Under the pieces are notes generated by a model that saw nothing but the letters and a program-made list of their open reading frames with translations, had not been told where the DNA came from and ran no database searches. From contig CAVRAQ010000028.1 of NCBI GenBank assembly GCA_963718985.1, positions 5,048 through 69,047 on the forward strand: 64,000 nt of DNA, in the 5' to 3' direction. The DNA comes from an uncultured Acidobacteriaceae bacterium. GTDB lineage: Bacteria > Acidobacteriota > Terriglobia > Terriglobales > Acidobacteriaceae. Positions 61,319 through 64,000 of the stretch are shown piece after piece. Made by a program: the position numbers and the translations under genes. Numbering within the stretch: position 1 is the stretch's first letter; the number at the start of each line of letters is the position of its first letter.

Positions 61319-62077
61319 ATGAGCCAACTGGAAAGTTTAAAAGTAAAGATCTTCGCTGATGGTGCCAATTTGGCCGACATGCTTGAGCTCTACAAGAACC
61401 CTTTGATCAAGGGCTTCACAACTAACCCTACTCTGATGAAGAAGGCGGGCATCACCGACTATATGGAGTTCGCTCGCACCGTTCTTACCGTCATTCCAGA
61501 CCGCCCGATTTCTTTCGAGGTGTTTGCGGACGATTTCGATGAAATGGAATGGCAGGCGATGGAGATCGCGTCATGGGGCGGCCAGGTGAACGTCAAGATA
61601 CCCGTAACGAATACGCGGGGCCAGAGTTCAGCCAACGTCGTTCGGCGATTGGCACAGGCCGGCGTTCGGCTCAACGTGACAGCCATGACCACGTTGGAGC
61701 AGGTCCGGGATATCGCTGAATGCCTTCGCGATGGGCCAATGTCTTATGTTTCGGTCTTTGCCGGCCGGGTGGCGGATACTGGATGCGATCCCGTCCCGAT
61801 CATGGCCGATGCTGTGCGATTTTTGAGTAAATATCCTCAGGTTGAACTCATCTGGGCCAGTCCGCGCGAGTTGCTGAACATCTTCCAGGCGGATGCTATC
61901 GGCTGCCACGTGATCACTGTTACCAACGATTTGCTGAAGAAACTCCCGCTCGTTGGCCGGGATCTGGATGAATATTCTCTCGACACTGTCAAGATGTTTT
62001 TCAACGATGCGCAGAGCGCGGGATTTCGCCTGATTCAATCAAAGCCGCTGCCGGTTGAAAGTGGTAATCAGTATTAG
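61319..62077 (+). CDS. tal: Transaldolase (short TalC/Fsa type)
   Basis: [38 protein letters not shown]. Confidence 0.88.
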   Translation: MSQLESLKVKIFADGANLADMLELYKNPLIKGFTTNPTLMKKAGITDYMEFARTVLTVIPDRPISFEVFADDFDEMEWQAMEIASWGGQVNVKIPVTNTRGQSSANVVRRLAQAGVRLNVTAMTTLEQVRDIAECLRDGPMSYVSVFAGRVADTGCDPVPIMADAVRFLSKYPQVELIWASPRELLNIFQADAIGCHVITVTNDLLKKLPLVGRDLDEYSLDTVKMFFNDAQSAGFRLIQSKPLPVESGNQY

Positions 62078-62124
62078 TAGCGCAGACCGGGCACATCGCA
62101 ACCAGAGGAGAGTCACGACCGCGC

Positions 62125-64000
<1,876 letters not shown>

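Overview
A GC-rich bacterial chromosome segment. The gene content (Oar-type TonB-dependent receptors, a VWA protein, a Wzi-SLBB-Wzz trio, characteristic REP-like hairpins) suggests Acidobacteriota/Terriglobia, but that is inference. Left half: a large secreted protein plus VWA gene pair; an OmpR-family two-component system divergent from an unusual 7-gene operon (polyprenyl synthase, MacB/LolCDE-type ABC transporter, CcoN-like protein with a degenerate active site, small membrane protein, MFS-like/CcoO/cytochrome c fusion, YceI); a TonB-dependent receptor; a GH106-like glycosidase; a 132-bp MITE; a Cpx-like two-component system; an arsR/arsM-arsC-acr3 locus; a PHP metallohydrolase; and a second TonB-dependent receptor. 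Right half (33.2 kb to the end): a Wzx/Wzy-type capsule/EPS locus headed by a ribbon-helix-helix protein. It encodes UDP-2-acetamido-2,6-dideoxy-L-hexose, heptose and GDP-fucose pathways, two methyltransferases, an intact IS5-family element and a secreted tailspike-like beta-helix protein. Several genes are split by clustered frameshifts that look like consensus errors. The best candidate for an undescribed system is the isoprenoid/ABC/degenerate-cbb3/YceI operon at 6819-13793. No rRNA, tRNA or CRISPR array was seen. All family calls are by-eye motif recognition, with no database searches run.
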